Part shown: piece after piece, positions 16,668 through 25,308 of the stretch
Numbering within the stretch: position 1 is the stretch's first letter
Layout of the letters: the number at the start of each line of letters is the position of its first letter
Source of the DNA: a virus
Lineage: Duplodnaviria; Caudoviricetes
Strand: one strand, 5' to 3'
IMG/VR virus record: IMGVR_UViG_3300037478_000050
Span: 1 to 45,537 of that record
DNA length: 45,537 nt
Program-made: the position numbers and the translations under genes
Notes under the pieces: generated by a model
Databases searched by the model: none
What the model was told of the DNA's origin: nothing
Seen by the model: only the letters and a program-made list of their open reading frames with translations

Positions 16668-17512
16668 GCAATATGTTTGAATGTGTCCACGGCAAGCTGT
16701 ACGTGAACTGCGTGCAGTGCCATCCTGAACTTGAGCAACGCCCCTCGTCCTCCAACAGCGAATCGAGGGAATTAGACATGGCTGATGCCGCTCGTCCCAC
16801 ACCGTCACACACGGAAGGATCAATTTCGCCGAGCGGCGGAAATGGTCCTGCTCCCTCAGAGAAGCCCTGTGCAACCTGCAACGATGACCCTGCGGTTTGC
16901 GCCACTGTCCCCGGACTGCGCCATTGCGAGAAGGCTATGCGGGGCAGCGCATTGAGTGAGTATCGTTCATCAGAGAAGGACGAACGCGAAAGCGGCTTCA
17001 ACGCCTGCTGCTTCAAGAGTCTGTGCCTGGAGAACGCGCGGGAGTTGAAGATTGCGAACCTGAAGAACGCATCCTCGCTCGCCAACAACCTTTGCCCGGA
17101 TCACCGCGACAAGCAGAAGGGTAGGCCGTGCCTCGCGTGCGAGATCGACCGGCTTGAGCGGGATTTGGCTCAAACACGCTTGGAACGCGATGCTGCGCGG
17201 AATGTATTAGCGCGAGCCATCGACCGCGAGCGCCTAGCGAACATGCGCGCCGACCAGGCCGAGGAGGCGAGGGCAGAAACGCAGAAGGAACTGGAGGCTG
17301 AGTTCGATGCGAAGATGGAGTGCCACAGCATGCTAGAAGCCGCACAGTCTGCAACCGCACCGCTCGAAGTACTGGATAGATGTCTGTCCGAGCTGGCGAA
17401 CAAGTATATCGGGACCGTGGAGGACTACTACCTGCACGGACTGTATCTAGCCCGCGAGGAGATCAGCAAGCTTCGCGCTACGGAGAGCCGAGGCCAGCGG
17501 GAGGAGCAATGA
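16664..17512 (+). CDS. Hypothetical Cys-rich / coiled-coil protein
   Basis: 282 aa; several Cys/His clusters (CVHG..CVQC, CATC, CPDH..CLAC) followed by a coiled coil; GGAGG RBS. Confidence 0.65.
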   Translation: MSNMFECVHGKLYVNCVQCHPELEQRPSSSNSESRELDMADAARPTPSHTEGSISPSGGNGPAPSEKPCATCNDDPAVCATVPGLRHCEKAMRGSALSEYRSSEKDERESGFNACCFKSLCLENARELKIANLKNASSLANNLCPDHRDKQKGRPCLACEIDRLERDLAQTRLERDAARNVLARAIDRERLANMRADQAEEARAETQKELEAEFDAKMECHSMLEAAQSATAPLEVLDRCLSELANKYIGTVEDYYLHGLYLAREEISKLRATESRGQREEQ

Positions 17513-17730
17513 TGTACGTGGAGAACGACTGCGAGGACCAGGGATTCACGAAACTGAGCGACGGATGTTTTGCCTGTCTCGCAGACTTCGACAAACGTGG
17601 CAAGCCAGTGCGCCCCAAGATCGTCAAGAAGCGCGAGCGCGGGTTCTTACTGTGGGCCTGCGAGAAGTGCGGCGGGAACTACGGAATCATTCGCGCACTT
17701 TCCACTAGCGCGAGTAGAGAGGAGAAATAG
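17509..17730 (+). CDS. Hypothetical zinc-ribbon protein
   Basis: CFAC...CEKCGG; GGAGG RBS; ATGA overlap. Confidence 0.6.
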   Translation: MMYVENDCEDQGFTKLSDGCFACLADFDKRGKPVRPKIVKKRERGFLLWACEKCGGNYGIIRALSTSASREEK

Positions 17731-17731
17731 G

Positions 17732-17878
17732 ATGAAGCATTGGCGTTGCTGGTTTGGGCACCAATGGGGCGAAGGTGGACATTTGCACTCGTTGGGAATC
17801 TGGTTCGTTCAGTGCAAACGATGCGGTCAAATGATGCGCGTTGCAGTATCAGAGGAAACTCAAGATGACATTCGATGA
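17732..17878 (+). CDS. Small Cys/His protein (C.FGH.W...C.RCG, DUF1660-like)
   Basis: MKHWRCWFGHQW...QCKRCG; GAGGAG RBS. Confidence 0.6.
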   Translation: MKHWRCWFGHQWGEGGHLHSLGIWFVQCKRCGQMMRVAVSEETQDDIR

Positions 17879-18212
17879 GTGGTACGACCAACTTCCTCCG
17901 TCGCTTCCGCACGGGCATGTGGCGCAAATGCGTATGGCGTGGGAAGCCGCCCGTTCGCCGTCTGAAGCTGAGGGCGAATGCATCTGCAAGGGAAACTGGC
18001 GCCACATCGTCAAAGAGACAGGACCGCTTATCGGCAGAAGATTCAAGGCAGACGATGGGGAATACGTTCTATTCGGCATCGTTCACGGAGACGATGATTA
18101 CTACTACGGAATGTCTAAGCCAGGACAGTTAAGGCTTCTGTCTTGCGTTGGCAGCATTGAGCAACACGGATTCAAAATGCTGCCGCGCCCCTATAGATCA
18201 GGCGGCGACTAG
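17865..18212 (+). CDS. Hypothetical protein
   Basis: MTFDEWY...; GAGGA RBS; 115 aa. Confidence 0.6.
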   Translation: MTFDEWYDQLPPSLPHGHVAQMRMAWEAARSPSEAEGECICKGNWRHIVKETGPLIGRRFKADDGEYVLFGIVHGDDDYYYGMSKPGQLRLLSCVGSIEQHGFKMLPRPYRSGGD

Positions 18213-18224
18213 AGAGGAACGCTA

Positions 18225-18479
18225 ATGGCAACCTATCAGGAACAGATCGCCAACGCCAAGCGCGCCAAGGAAGCCAAGGCGAAAGCCGAGGCCGAGCGAG
18301 CGGCGCAGGAACTAAGCCCGGAGCAAGTGAAGAACTGGCGCGAGGCTCTTGCTCTCACGATTGGCCCATATGCGCACGTTATGCACGAGGACTATGTGCG
18401 TGCACTTCACGCGGCGTTCAGAGAACGCCTGAAGGCCATTTCGCCCTCCGACATAGTGCAGCCCGAGGAGAAACCGTGA
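18225..18479 (+). CDS. Hypothetical protein
   Basis: 84 aa; GAGGA RBS. Confidence 0.6.
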   Translation: MATYQEQIANAKRAKEAKAKAEAERAAQELSPEQVKNWREALALTIGPYAHVMHEDYVRALHAAFRERLKAISPSDIVQPEEKP

Positions 18480-18643
18480 CGTTTAGCGAGTGGTTCAAGA
18501 AACAGGAGTATCCGCTATATAGACGTGAAGACCCAAAGTTCAAGGCGGAACTACGTAGTGCTTGGAATGCCGCTGCTAAAGAGTGTCTTAACGTTATTCA
18601 TCGCGCTGAGTCAAAGCGCCACAGTGGAGATCAGCAGCCATGA
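18476..18643 (+). CDS. Hypothetical protein (55 aa, not in the ORF track)
   Basis: GTG start in a GTGA overlap after GAGGAG; MTFSEWFKKQEYPLYRREDPKFKAELRSAWNAAAK..., similar to the MTFDEW...AWEAA start of 17865..18212. Confidence 0.6.
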   Translation: MTFSEWFKKQEYPLYRREDPKFKAELRSAWNAAAKECLNVIHRAESKRHSGDQQP

Positions 18644-18714
18644 GCCTAGCGGCGATTGTCGGAATCGTGATCGTAGTGTTCTTTATCCTAGTGTTCTTGG
18701 ACGCGGACATCTGA
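18640..18714 (+). CDS. 24-aa hydrophobic membrane peptide
   Basis: MSLAAIVGIVIVVFFILVFLDADI; ATGA overlap upstream and TGATG overlap downstream. Confidence 0.5.
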   Translation: MSLAAIVGIVIVVFFILVFLDADI

Positions 18715-18926
18715 TGTCTGCGGCTCTGGAAACGGCGAAGCCATGTCCCTTCTGCGGCTCGCACTCCCATACAGTTCTGGTAGTCCTCAAACTGCCTTGG
18801 GGATGCTACCGGCGCGTTGAGTGCAGAGGTTGCCAAGCGTCCGGCCCGGAGAAGATCGGCAGGAAGCGGGCCATTGAGGCATGGAACAAACGCGCCCCTA
18901 CCATCGACCGGGCGAAGAATGGCTGA
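18714..18926 (+). CDS. Lar-family restriction alleviation-like zinc-finger protein
   Basis: KPCPFCG...VECRGCQASGP...AIEAWNKRA. Confidence 0.8.
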   Translation: MSAALETAKPCPFCGSHSHTVLVVLKLPWGCYRRVECRGCQASGPEKIGRKRAIEAWNKRAPTIDRAKNG

Positions 18927-19080
18927 CGGCCTCTACCGCGTGACGACCAGCTACTTGTGCGCCGGGTTCGTGATCGAGGGCGGCAAGGTGACGCAGTGCG
19001 CTCCAATTCTAAGAAAGCGCCTTGCCTACTGGCAGACGGTCGCGCACCTTGTCGCGGTACAGAACACTAACGCTCGATAG
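18919..19080 (+). CDS. Hypothetical protein
   Basis: MADGLYRVTTSYLCAGFVIEGGKVTQCAPILRK; last gene of the first rightward unit. Confidence 0.6.
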   Translation: MADGLYRVTTSYLCAGFVIEGGKVTQCAPILRKRLAYWQTVAHLVAVQNTNAR

Positions 19081-19597
19081 CAGCAATCGCCTCGTCCACT
19101 GACATTACGAATTGCCCTATGCCTCCCGCCTCGCGCACATCAGCCAGGAATGCGGCTTGGCGCTCCTCGCGTAGATCGCGCGGCGCTTTGAACGAAGGGC
19201 GCTTGACCTCTAGCCATGCGTAGCGTCCGCCGCGCATCAGAACGTAGAGATCGACTACGGGCTCGGAACTGAAATGAACGAGACTGCGCGAGCCATCGGG
19301 CTTGTAGAAGTAAGCCGCCCCGGCATTGAACCTGACGACCTTGACGACCTCTGGATGCAGCTCTAGGGCCTGGATGATGGCCTTTTGGATGTCGGCTTCC
19401 AGCGGCTCGCCCGTGGGCTGTGGGGGGGCACGCTTACGCACAGGCGGCGGCTTCACCTTGTCCAGCGCCTTTTGCAGCGGCTCGGGCAGCGTGCCGTCCG
19501 GGGAGAGGGCGCGTAACGCTGCCTCGTTATTCGCTATCTTCTGGCGGAAGGTGATAGGAAATTGCAATTTACGGAAGTCGCGAGAATATCTTGACAT
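19067..19597 (-). CDS. VRR-NUC domain nuclease (Holliday junction resolvase-like)
   Basis: EADIQKAI..AL, VDL....GG...WLEVKRP, Q..FL..V..AGG.G..V.SVDEA; likely start MSRYSRDF. Confidence 0.85.
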   Translation of the reverse strand: MSRYSRDFRKLQFPITFRQKIANNEAALRALSPDGTLPEPLQKALDKVKPPPVRKRAPPQPTGEPLEADIQKAIIQALELHPEVVKVVRFNAGAAYFYKPDGSRSLVHFSSEPVVDLYVLMRGGRYAWLEVKRPSFKAPRDLREERQAAFLADVREAGGIGQFVMSVDEAIAAIER

Positions 19598-19620
19598 GGC
19601 TATATGCAATGCGCTAAGGT
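19591..19620 (+). promoter_or_regulatory. Sigma70-type promoter for the second rightward operon
   Basis: TTGACA 19591-19596, 18 nt, TAAGGT 19615-19620; the ATG of the HTH gene is 7 nt downstream. Confidence 0.6.
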
Positions 19621-19626
19621 GCGCGC

Positions 19627-19782
19627 ATGGGTGCTAGACAAGCAGAAGTAACCGATAGGGCAGTGGCTCACTACCTGCTCTGCAAAGGGAAGTTGACGCG
19701 CCACGAAGTAGCTCTGCGATACGGCATCTCGCCATCCACTCTATACCGCGCTCTACAGCGCCGCAAGGAGAAATCTAAATGA
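19627..19782 (+). CDS. Small helix-turn-helix DNA-binding protein (51 aa, not in the ORF track)
   Basis: MGARQAEVTDRAVAHYLLCKGKLTRHEVALRYGISPSTLYRALQRRKEKSK; the EVALRYGISPSTLYRAL segment fits a resolvase/Hin-type HTH; ATGA overlap with the next gene. Confidence 0.75.
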   Translation: MGARQAEVTDRAVAHYLLCKGKLTRHEVALRYGISPSTLYRALQRRKEKSK

Positions 19783-20069
19783 GCGAAGAACTACGCATCA
19801 TCATGGAGACTATCGGCCAGCTTGGTCAAGCCGGTAAGGAAGCATTCATCTGGTGGCTGGTAGTGAAATACGTTCTCCACTACGCCACTCTCTGTTTCTT
19901 TATCCTAGTAACCGGATTTGTTGTATTTCGCATCGTTTCTGCAGTTAAAGGACATCATCAAGAATGCAGGATAGCGTCTGAGGTAGCTTTGAAATCGAGT
20001 GTCAGACCACATCTGTATTACTCAAATGACGAGTACGACAAGATGTACGACTGGGTGAGAAAGCAATGA
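19779..20069 (+). CDS. Hypothetical membrane protein
   Basis: 96 aa with a hydrophobic core; AAGGAG RBS; AT-richer sequence. Confidence 0.65.
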   Translation: MSEELRIIMETIGQLGQAGKEAFIWWLVVKYVLHYATLCFFILVTGFVVFRIVSAVKGHHQECRIASEVALKSSVRPHLYYSNDEYDKMYDWVRKQ

Positions 20070-20191
20070 TCCGCGCCTTCGCCAGCTTCTACTTTAAGCC
20101 CTCGCTCGCAAACTGGCGCAGTCTCCGCAGGATTTGCATGGCAAAGCTGCCAAAGCCGAGCGTACTGAAAAAGGAGCCCTCCAATGGATAA
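20066..20191 (+). CDS. Hypothetical protein (41 aa)
   Basis: ATGA overlap; MIRAFASFYFKPSLANWRSLRRIC...; fills the gap exactly. Confidence 0.4.
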   Translation: MIRAFASFYFKPSLANWRSLRRICMAKLPKPSVLKKEPSNG

Positions 20192-20429
20192 CCGCCTCGA
20201 ATCCGCGCTGAACGCCGCCGCGCTGCGGCCAGCAAATCCAGCACAAGCAGCGCAGGTAACGGAATATCAATCTCTTGTCGCCGCCAGTCACGAGCAGGGC
20301 ACCGTCGCCGAAGCCTTCCAAGCGCAAGACGTGCTCCGCGCCATGACGGAATGGCACCAGCGCAACGAAGATGCAGACTTGCCCACGGCGCTCCTGTGCA
20401 TGCTATATGCGGCGAGGCGTGTGTGCTAG
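20184..20429 (+). CDS. Hypothetical protein
   Basis: 81 aa; AAGGAG RBS. Confidence 0.6.
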   Translation: MDNRLESALNAAALRPANPAQAAQVTEYQSLVAASHEQGTVAEAFQAQDVLRAMTEWHQRNEDADLPTALLCMLYAARRVC

Positions 20430-20686
20430 CCGTGGCCCATATATGCGAACGCCACCCCGAGCGCGAGGGCCAGCTAGCCATCTCGCTCCCCTCCATCGGC
20501 ATCATGCGCTACTGGTGCGCCGAATGTCGCGCCGAGTACGATGCAAAGTTTCCGAGCAAGGGCTTTGGCCGCGCTTATGCTACCGGCCTTGGCCCTGACG
20601 CACACGCCGAGGCGCAGGAAGCGGGACAGTTGCAGGACGAATTTTCCCGTGGAGCGAAACACGCAGAGGAAAGGAGATACCTATGA
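20423..20686 (+). CDS. Hypothetical protein (CERH...CAEC)
   Basis: Open frame overlapping both neighbours; start codon uncertain. Confidence 0.5.
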   Translation: MLAVAHICERHPEREGQLAISLPSIGIMRYWCAECRAEYDAKFPSKGFGRAYATGLGPDAHAEAQEAGQLQDEFSRGAKHAEERRYL

Positions 20687-21546
20687 GCACCGAAGTCATA
20701 CCATACGAGCAGCGCATCGGCGCATTGACCGTGCAAGACGTCCAAGCGCAAGTGAACCTGATCCAGCACATTCTGCGCGAGGTCATGCAAAAAGATCAGC
20801 ACTATGGCGTGATCCCCGGAACAGGGACGAAGCCCTCTTTGCTCAAGGCTGGTGCGGAGAAAATCTGCCTTACATTCAGGCTTTCGCCGGATTACGAGAT
20901 TCAGGAAGTAGGTGATGGGTTTCACGTCAAAATCACTAGCAAGTGCGTCCTGACGCATATTCCAAGCGGGCAGCGTTATGGCGCAGGCATGGGTAGCTGC
21001 TCCACGCGCGAGAGCAAGTACGCCTATAGGCAAGCCGCCCGCAAATGCCCTGCATGCGGTGCTGAGGCGATCATCAAGGGGAGAGCCGAGTACGGCGGCG
21101 GCTGGCTGTGTTTCGGCAAGAAAGGTGGCTGCGGCACGAAATTTGCCGATGGCGATCAACAAATAGAAGGCCAATCCGTAGGCCGCATTCCGAACGAGGA
21201 TGTTGCCGACCAGTACAACACCGTGCTCAAGATGGCGAACAAGCGTTCTCTGGTGGCCGCAGTCCTCAACGCTACCGCCGCATCCGACATCTTCACGCAG
21301 GACATTGAGGACATGCCACAGTTTGCCGCACAGCCTGTCGTTGACGCGCAAATCGTAGATGCGCCGAAGGGCGACCGAGACAAGGAACTTGACGCGCTTT
21401 GTAAGCAAGCCGGGATCGCTGCAGCGTTCTACCTCAACCGCTCCAAGGTCAAATCCGCATCCGAGCTTTCCGATGCCGACTACCAAGGCATGCTCGCCAA
21501 CGTGCGCAGCAAGATCAAGACGCAGCAGGACAAGGCGGCTGCGTGA
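20683..21546 (+). CDS. Putative ssDNA-annealing/recombination protein with a zinc-ribbon insertion
   Basis: HYGVIPGT..KPSLLKAGAEKI, G.GSCSTRESKY and NTVLKMANKRSLVAAVL..TAASDIFTQDIED; internal CPACG...CFGKKGGCG. Confidence 0.6.
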   Translation: MSTEVIPYEQRIGALTVQDVQAQVNLIQHILREVMQKDQHYGVIPGTGTKPSLLKAGAEKICLTFRLSPDYEIQEVGDGFHVKITSKCVLTHIPSGQRYGAGMGSCSTRESKYAYRQAARKCPACGAEAIIKGRAEYGGGWLCFGKKGGCGTKFADGDQQIEGQSVGRIPNEDVADQYNTVLKMANKRSLVAAVLNATAASDIFTQDIEDMPQFAAQPVVDAQIVDAPKGDRDKELDALCKQAGIAAAFYLNRSKVKSASELSDADYQGMLANVRSKIKTQQDKAAA

Positions 21547-21779
21547 AACGCACGGAGGTTCTGTATCAAGACTTCAGCGCGCGGCTGCAACCGCGCCCCG
21601 TCTGGGACTCGCGCGGAGGGCGCACGGCTATGCTGGTGAATGGCAAGTACGTCCGCAAGCCGAAGGTAGCCAAGGTCAAGCGGAAACTGACCGAGGCCGA
21701 GGACAACGCCATCGGCAGGGCGATCCGCCGCCGCCAGAACAAGCGGCTGCGTGGCTGGATACCATACGCGCAGCGATGA
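21543..21779 (+). CDS. Hypothetical basic protein
   Basis: 78 aa; GTGA overlap. Confidence 0.55.
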   Translation: MKRTEVLYQDFSARLQPRPVWDSRGGRTAMLVNGKYVRKPKVAKVKRKLTEAEDNAIGRAIRRRQNKRLRGWIPYAQR

Positions 21780-21780
21780 C

Positions 21781-22014
21781 ATGTCCAACCCCGGCCCCGT
21801 CTTCTCCCGCGTGGCTGCGGCCACTGCAGCCCGTAACCGCATCATCAATCCGACGCGAACAGTGGCGGCGATCCCAGCGCAAGCGCCGTGGCCCACCCAG
21901 GGGTACTGGCTACCGCCATCCCATACGTGGGGCGGACGGGCGATTTCGCGCTGGTGCCGCTGGGGCTTCTGGGAGCCTGATGGCTCGGCGCTGAACGTGA
22001 CGAGGATATTGTGA
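21781..22014 (+). CDS. Hypothetical Trp-rich protein
   Basis: MSNPGPVFSR...; its stop overlaps the GTG of the acetyltransferase. Confidence 0.5.
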   Translation: MSNPGPVFSRVAAATAARNRIINPTRTVAAIPAQAPWPTQGYWLPPSHTWGGRAISRWCRWGFWEPDGSALNVTRIL

Positions 22015-22484
22015 AGATCATCGGGGATGGAGGGCATGCGGCGGTAGTGCGCGATTTGCTGATGGGCATGAATTTCACGGAATCGTATGCTGTTATCGCT
22101 GTAGGAGACAACGCGGCCCGCAAGCGAGAAGCGGAATCATTGCAAGGCTATCTATTCGCATCGATAGCCCATCCTACGGCGTGGATCAGTCCATCCGCGC
22201 AAATTGGCGCAGGAACTGTAATCATGGCTGGCGTGGTAGTACAGGCCAATGCGCGCATCGGCAAACACGTAATTTTGAACACGTCATGCAGCGTGGATCA
22301 CGGTTGCGTCATCGGCGACTACGCCCACATCGCCCCAGGCGCGCACCTATGCGGTCATGTAGAGATCGGCGACGGCGCGCTGGTAGGCGTTGGCGTAGGC
22401 ATCGCACCGGGATGCAAGATTCCTGCGTGGTCGCTGGTCAAAGCTAGGAGGCTAGAGATTGTCCCCCTACAAAATCACGGCTGA
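22011..22484 (+). CDS. NeuD/PglD/LegH-family sugar acetyltransferase (left-handed beta helix)
   Basis: IIG.GGHA.VV, IAVGDN..R, HPTAWISPSAQIGAGTVIM and NT..SVDH.C.IGDYAHIAPG hexapeptide repeats. Confidence 0.9.
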   Translation: MKIIGDGGHAAVVRDLLMGMNFTESYAVIAVGDNAARKREAESLQGYLFASIAHPTAWISPSAQIGAGTVIMAGVVVQANARIGKHVILNTSCSVDHGCVIGDYAHIAPGAHLCGHVEIGDGALVGVGVGIAPGCKIPAWSLVKARRLEIVPLQNHG

Positions 22485-23091
22485 CTTTGAAGCCGCGCTC
22501 TGCGAGTACACCGGAGCGCGCTTTGCAGTTGCACTCAATAGCTGCACGGCGGCGCTGCTGCTGGCGGTGCAGTGGCATGCGCGTATCAAGTTGCCTATTG
22601 ATTGGCTATATCAAGATATATTGCCGAAGGATATAGAAATTCCTCGCCATACCTATGTAAGCGTGCCGTGCGCAATTCGTAGTGCAGGCTGTACGCTTGC
22701 ATGGCGCGACGAGCAATGGCACGGCGCATACCAACTCAAGCCTCTTCCGGTATGGGACTGTGCCCGCCGCTTCACGTCCGGTATGTACGTTCCGGGACAG
22801 TTCCAGTGCGTATCCTTCGCCGCGAGCAAGATTCTAGGCGCAGAGCAAGGCGGCGCGATCCTGCACGACAACGCCGAGGCAGATGCGTGGTTTCGCCGTA
22901 TGCGTTTCGATGGGCGCACGGAAGGCGTCGATCCGATGGAGGACACATTTGACCTGATCGGCATGCACTGCATGATGCTGCCGAGCGTAGCGGCTACGCT
23001 GCTGGTGCGGCTCTATCATCTGCCGAAGTACAACGAGGACTTGCCGGAGCGGGAGTACCCCGACCTCTCGACCGCGCCTGCCTTCCGATGA
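22459..23091 (+). CDS. DegT/DnrJ/EryC1/StrS-family PLP aminotransferase (compact)
   Basis: FEAALCEYTGARFAVALNSCTAALLLA, VWDCA and CVSFAASKIL..QGGAIL (PLP lysine retained); only 210 aa. Confidence 0.82.
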   Translation: MSPYKITADFEAALCEYTGARFAVALNSCTAALLLAVQWHARIKLPIDWLYQDILPKDIEIPRHTYVSVPCAIRSAGCTLAWRDEQWHGAYQLKPLPVWDCARRFTSGMYVPGQFQCVSFAASKILGAEQGGAILHDNAEADAWFRRMRFDGRTEGVDPMEDTFDLIGMHCMMLPSVAATLLVRLYHLPKYNEDLPEREYPDLSTAPAFR

Positions 23092-23936
23092 CCCTCGCCG
23101 AAACGCTAGAACTAGCTGCCCCCAAGCGCGTCCTTTTCATCGGCGAGGAGATTACCGATGTCTATCACTTCGGCAACGCCATGCAGCGCCCTGCCAAGGA
23201 ACAAATCCTCTGCATGGAGGCCAAGGAAACTGAAGCTTACCAGGGCGGCGTGATAGCAGCGGCCAAGCATGCGGAAACGTTCTGCGATACCGTGCATATC
23301 GTTAGCACGCACCGCATTCGCAAGGAACGTTACGTCGAGCAGACGCACACGCGAAAGCTATTCGAGGTCTACGTGAATGGTGGCACGCTGGAGCGTCCAG
23401 TTATCCCGCCGCTTGATTATTACGATGTCGTTGTCGTCACAGACTACGGCCACGGCATGATGAACGAGGCGCTAATTGATAAGGTCTGCGCCGAGGCTAG
23501 ATTCCTCGCCGTGAACGTGCAGGCGAATGCAGGTAACTACGGCTTTAACCTAGCGACCAAGTATCCGCGCGCGGACTACCTTTGCCTGTCCGAGCAGGAG
23601 GCGCGGCTAGCGACTCAGAACCGGGACGGTGCCATCGAGGCGAGCGTGGAGGAACTGGCCTGCATCGCCCCGCGCGTCGCTGTGACGCTCGGGCGCGAGG
23701 GGGCAATCGGCACGGGCGGCGTGCGCGTATCGGCCTTCATTGAAACTGTAATTGACACTATGGGCGCGGGGGACGCATTCTTTGCCGTCACCGCATGCGT
23801 TGCAGAGGACGTGGGCATGGAGGACTTGCTGCGCATCGGCAACGCTGCCGGGAAATTGAAAGCGCAGATCGTGGGCCATCGAAAGGCGGTTAGCAAGAAT
23901 GAACTCCTCGCTTACCTCGCTAGTCAAGGCTGCTAA
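23088..23936 (+). CDS. PfkB-family carbohydrate kinase (HldE/RfaE kinase-domain-like)
   Basis: VLFIGE.I.DVY.FG, VVVTDYGHG, VTLG..G and DTMGAGDAFFA. Confidence 0.88.
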   Translation: MTLAETLELAAPKRVLFIGEEITDVYHFGNAMQRPAKEQILCMEAKETEAYQGGVIAAAKHAETFCDTVHIVSTHRIRKERYVEQTHTRKLFEVYVNGGTLERPVIPPLDYYDVVVVTDYGHGMMNEALIDKVCAEARFLAVNVQANAGNYGFNLATKYPRADYLCLSEQEARLATQNRDGAIEASVEELACIAPRVAVTLGREGAIGTGGVRVSAFIETVIDTMGAGDAFFAVTACVAEDVGMEDLLRIGNAAGKLKAQIVGHRKAVSKNELLAYLASQGC

Positions 23937-24309
23937 GCGCGTGTATCTGATTGGGAATGGCGGAAGTCATTCTAACGCCGTTCATATTTGCAATGACTTA
24001 CTCGCGTGCGGAATCAAGGCGTACACGCTAGACCCTGCGACGTTGACGGCGAACGCCAATGACTTTGGTTACGAGACTGTGTTCTCTCGCTGGATCTCTA
24101 CGGTAGGGGAACGCGGAGATTTACTGATCGCCCTGTCAGGCAGTGGAAAATCGCCAAATATTCTACGTGCTCTTACGGCTGCATATGCGAACGACATGGA
24201 GGTTTATTGCATCTTTGGCAACGAGCGCGGCGAAAACATGCAGCAGGCCGAGGAAGCACAGATCAGGATTGGGCACGACATAATGAGGGCTCTCAAATGC
24301 AAGAATTGA
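23899..24309 (+). CDS. SIS-domain sugar phosphate isomerase (GmhA-like)
   Basis: VYLIGNGGS.SNA.H..ND, LTA.AND.GYE.VF and GDLLIALSGSGKSPNILRA. Confidence 0.88.
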   Translation: MNSSLTSLVKAAKRVYLIGNGGSHSNAVHICNDLLACGIKAYTLDPATLTANANDFGYETVFSRWISTVGERGDLLIALSGSGKSPNILRALTAAYANDMEVYCIFGNERGENMQQAEEAQIRIGHDIMRALKCKN

Positions 24310-24575
24310 AATGTCCCAAGTGCAGCTCCCCCGCCTACGAGACATTCCAGCGCGGCCAATTAATCACCGGCACGCGCTGCCTGTCCTGCAATCACGAGAC
24401 GTTCGCCAAGGTGTGCAAAACCGTTGATGACGTGCGCCTGTTCCTCGAAAAGATGTACGGCGACGCAAAGCTCGTGTTTCAGGATGATGCAATCTCCATC
24501 AAGCTTGAAGCCCATTTCGTCGGCAACATGGACAAGACGGAGCAAATCAAGGTGTGGCGGGGGCTGGAGAAGTGA
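24297..24575 (+). CDS. Hypothetical zinc-ribbon protein
   Basis: MQELKCPKCSS...CLSCNH. Confidence 0.6.
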   Translation: MQELKCPKCSSPAYETFQRGQLITGTRCLSCNHETFAKVCKTVDDVRLFLEKMYGDAKLVFQDDAISIKLEAHFVGNMDKTEQIKVWRGLEK

Positions 24576-24745
24576 AAGACGAAATGCTCAATGTGTTCCC
24601 AGAAACTTCTGGCTTTATCAAACGTGTTGGCTATCGCGGATTTCTATCAATGATCTGGACGCTATGGAGAATGAATAGAAGTGCGAAGAAAATGCGCATT
24701 CAATGTAAGGCTGAGATTATGTTCCCTGTGCATTGGTTAAAATGA
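24572..24745 (+). CDS. Hypothetical protein
   Basis: GTGA and ATGA overlaps with both neighbours; 57 aa. Confidence 0.5.
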   Translation: MKDEMLNVFPETSGFIKRVGYRGFLSMIWTLWRMNRSAKKMRIQCKAEIMFPVHWLK

Positions 24746-25308
24746 CCCCCGCTGACCTAATCGCCTTCGAGGCAGACATAGCGCGCGAGTTCGAGGCTGG
24801 CAATATCCATGCGCCAGTGCATCTCTCGGGTGGAAACGAGCAGCAGCTAATCGACATCTTCCGCGACGTGCGGCCTACTGACTGGTGCCTATCGACATGG
24901 CGCAGTCATTATCACGCGCTGCTCAAAGGCATTTCGCCCGCCGAGATCAAGCGGCAGATCATGGCCGGGCGCTCAATGTTCATCAGCAGCGTAGAGCACC
25001 GCTTCCTGTCCTCTGCAATCATGGGCGGGATGCTGCCGATTGCGTGCGGTCTCGCCTACGCCGGAGAGCGCGTATGGTGCTTCGTCGGTGATATGTGTGA
25101 GAGCGTAGGTGCAATGCGTGATGCGCAAAGGTTCGCGCGTGGGCATGGCCTTGATGTTATCTTTGTCGTTGAGGATAACGGGCTTTCAACGAATACCCCG
25201 ACACGTGCTGCTTGGGGTGAAGAATATGCTGGCCCGGAAAAACATTATTATTCTTATGAACGCACCTATCCGCACTATCAGCCGCTCCCCGGTCAGCATG
25301 GGTTTTAG
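24742..25308 (+). CDS. TPP-dependent dehydrogenase E1 alpha-like subunit (compact)
   Basis: PVHLSGGNE, STWRSHYHALLKG, SSAIMGG..PIACG.A and the TPP-binding motif CFVGD...VVEDN. Confidence 0.88.
   Translation: MTPADLIAFEADIAREFEAGNIHAPVHLSGGNEQQLIDIFRDVRPTDWCLSTWRSHYHALLKGISPAEIKRQIMAGRSMFISSVEHRFLSSAIMGGMLPIACGLAYAGERVWCFVGDMCESVGAMRDAQRFARGHGLDVIFVVEDNGLSTNTPTRAAWGEEYAGPEKHYYSYERTYPHYQPLPGQHGF

Noticed and set aside
20575-21486. 303-aa minus-strand ORF
   Set aside because: Antisense shadow of the putative annealing protein gene.
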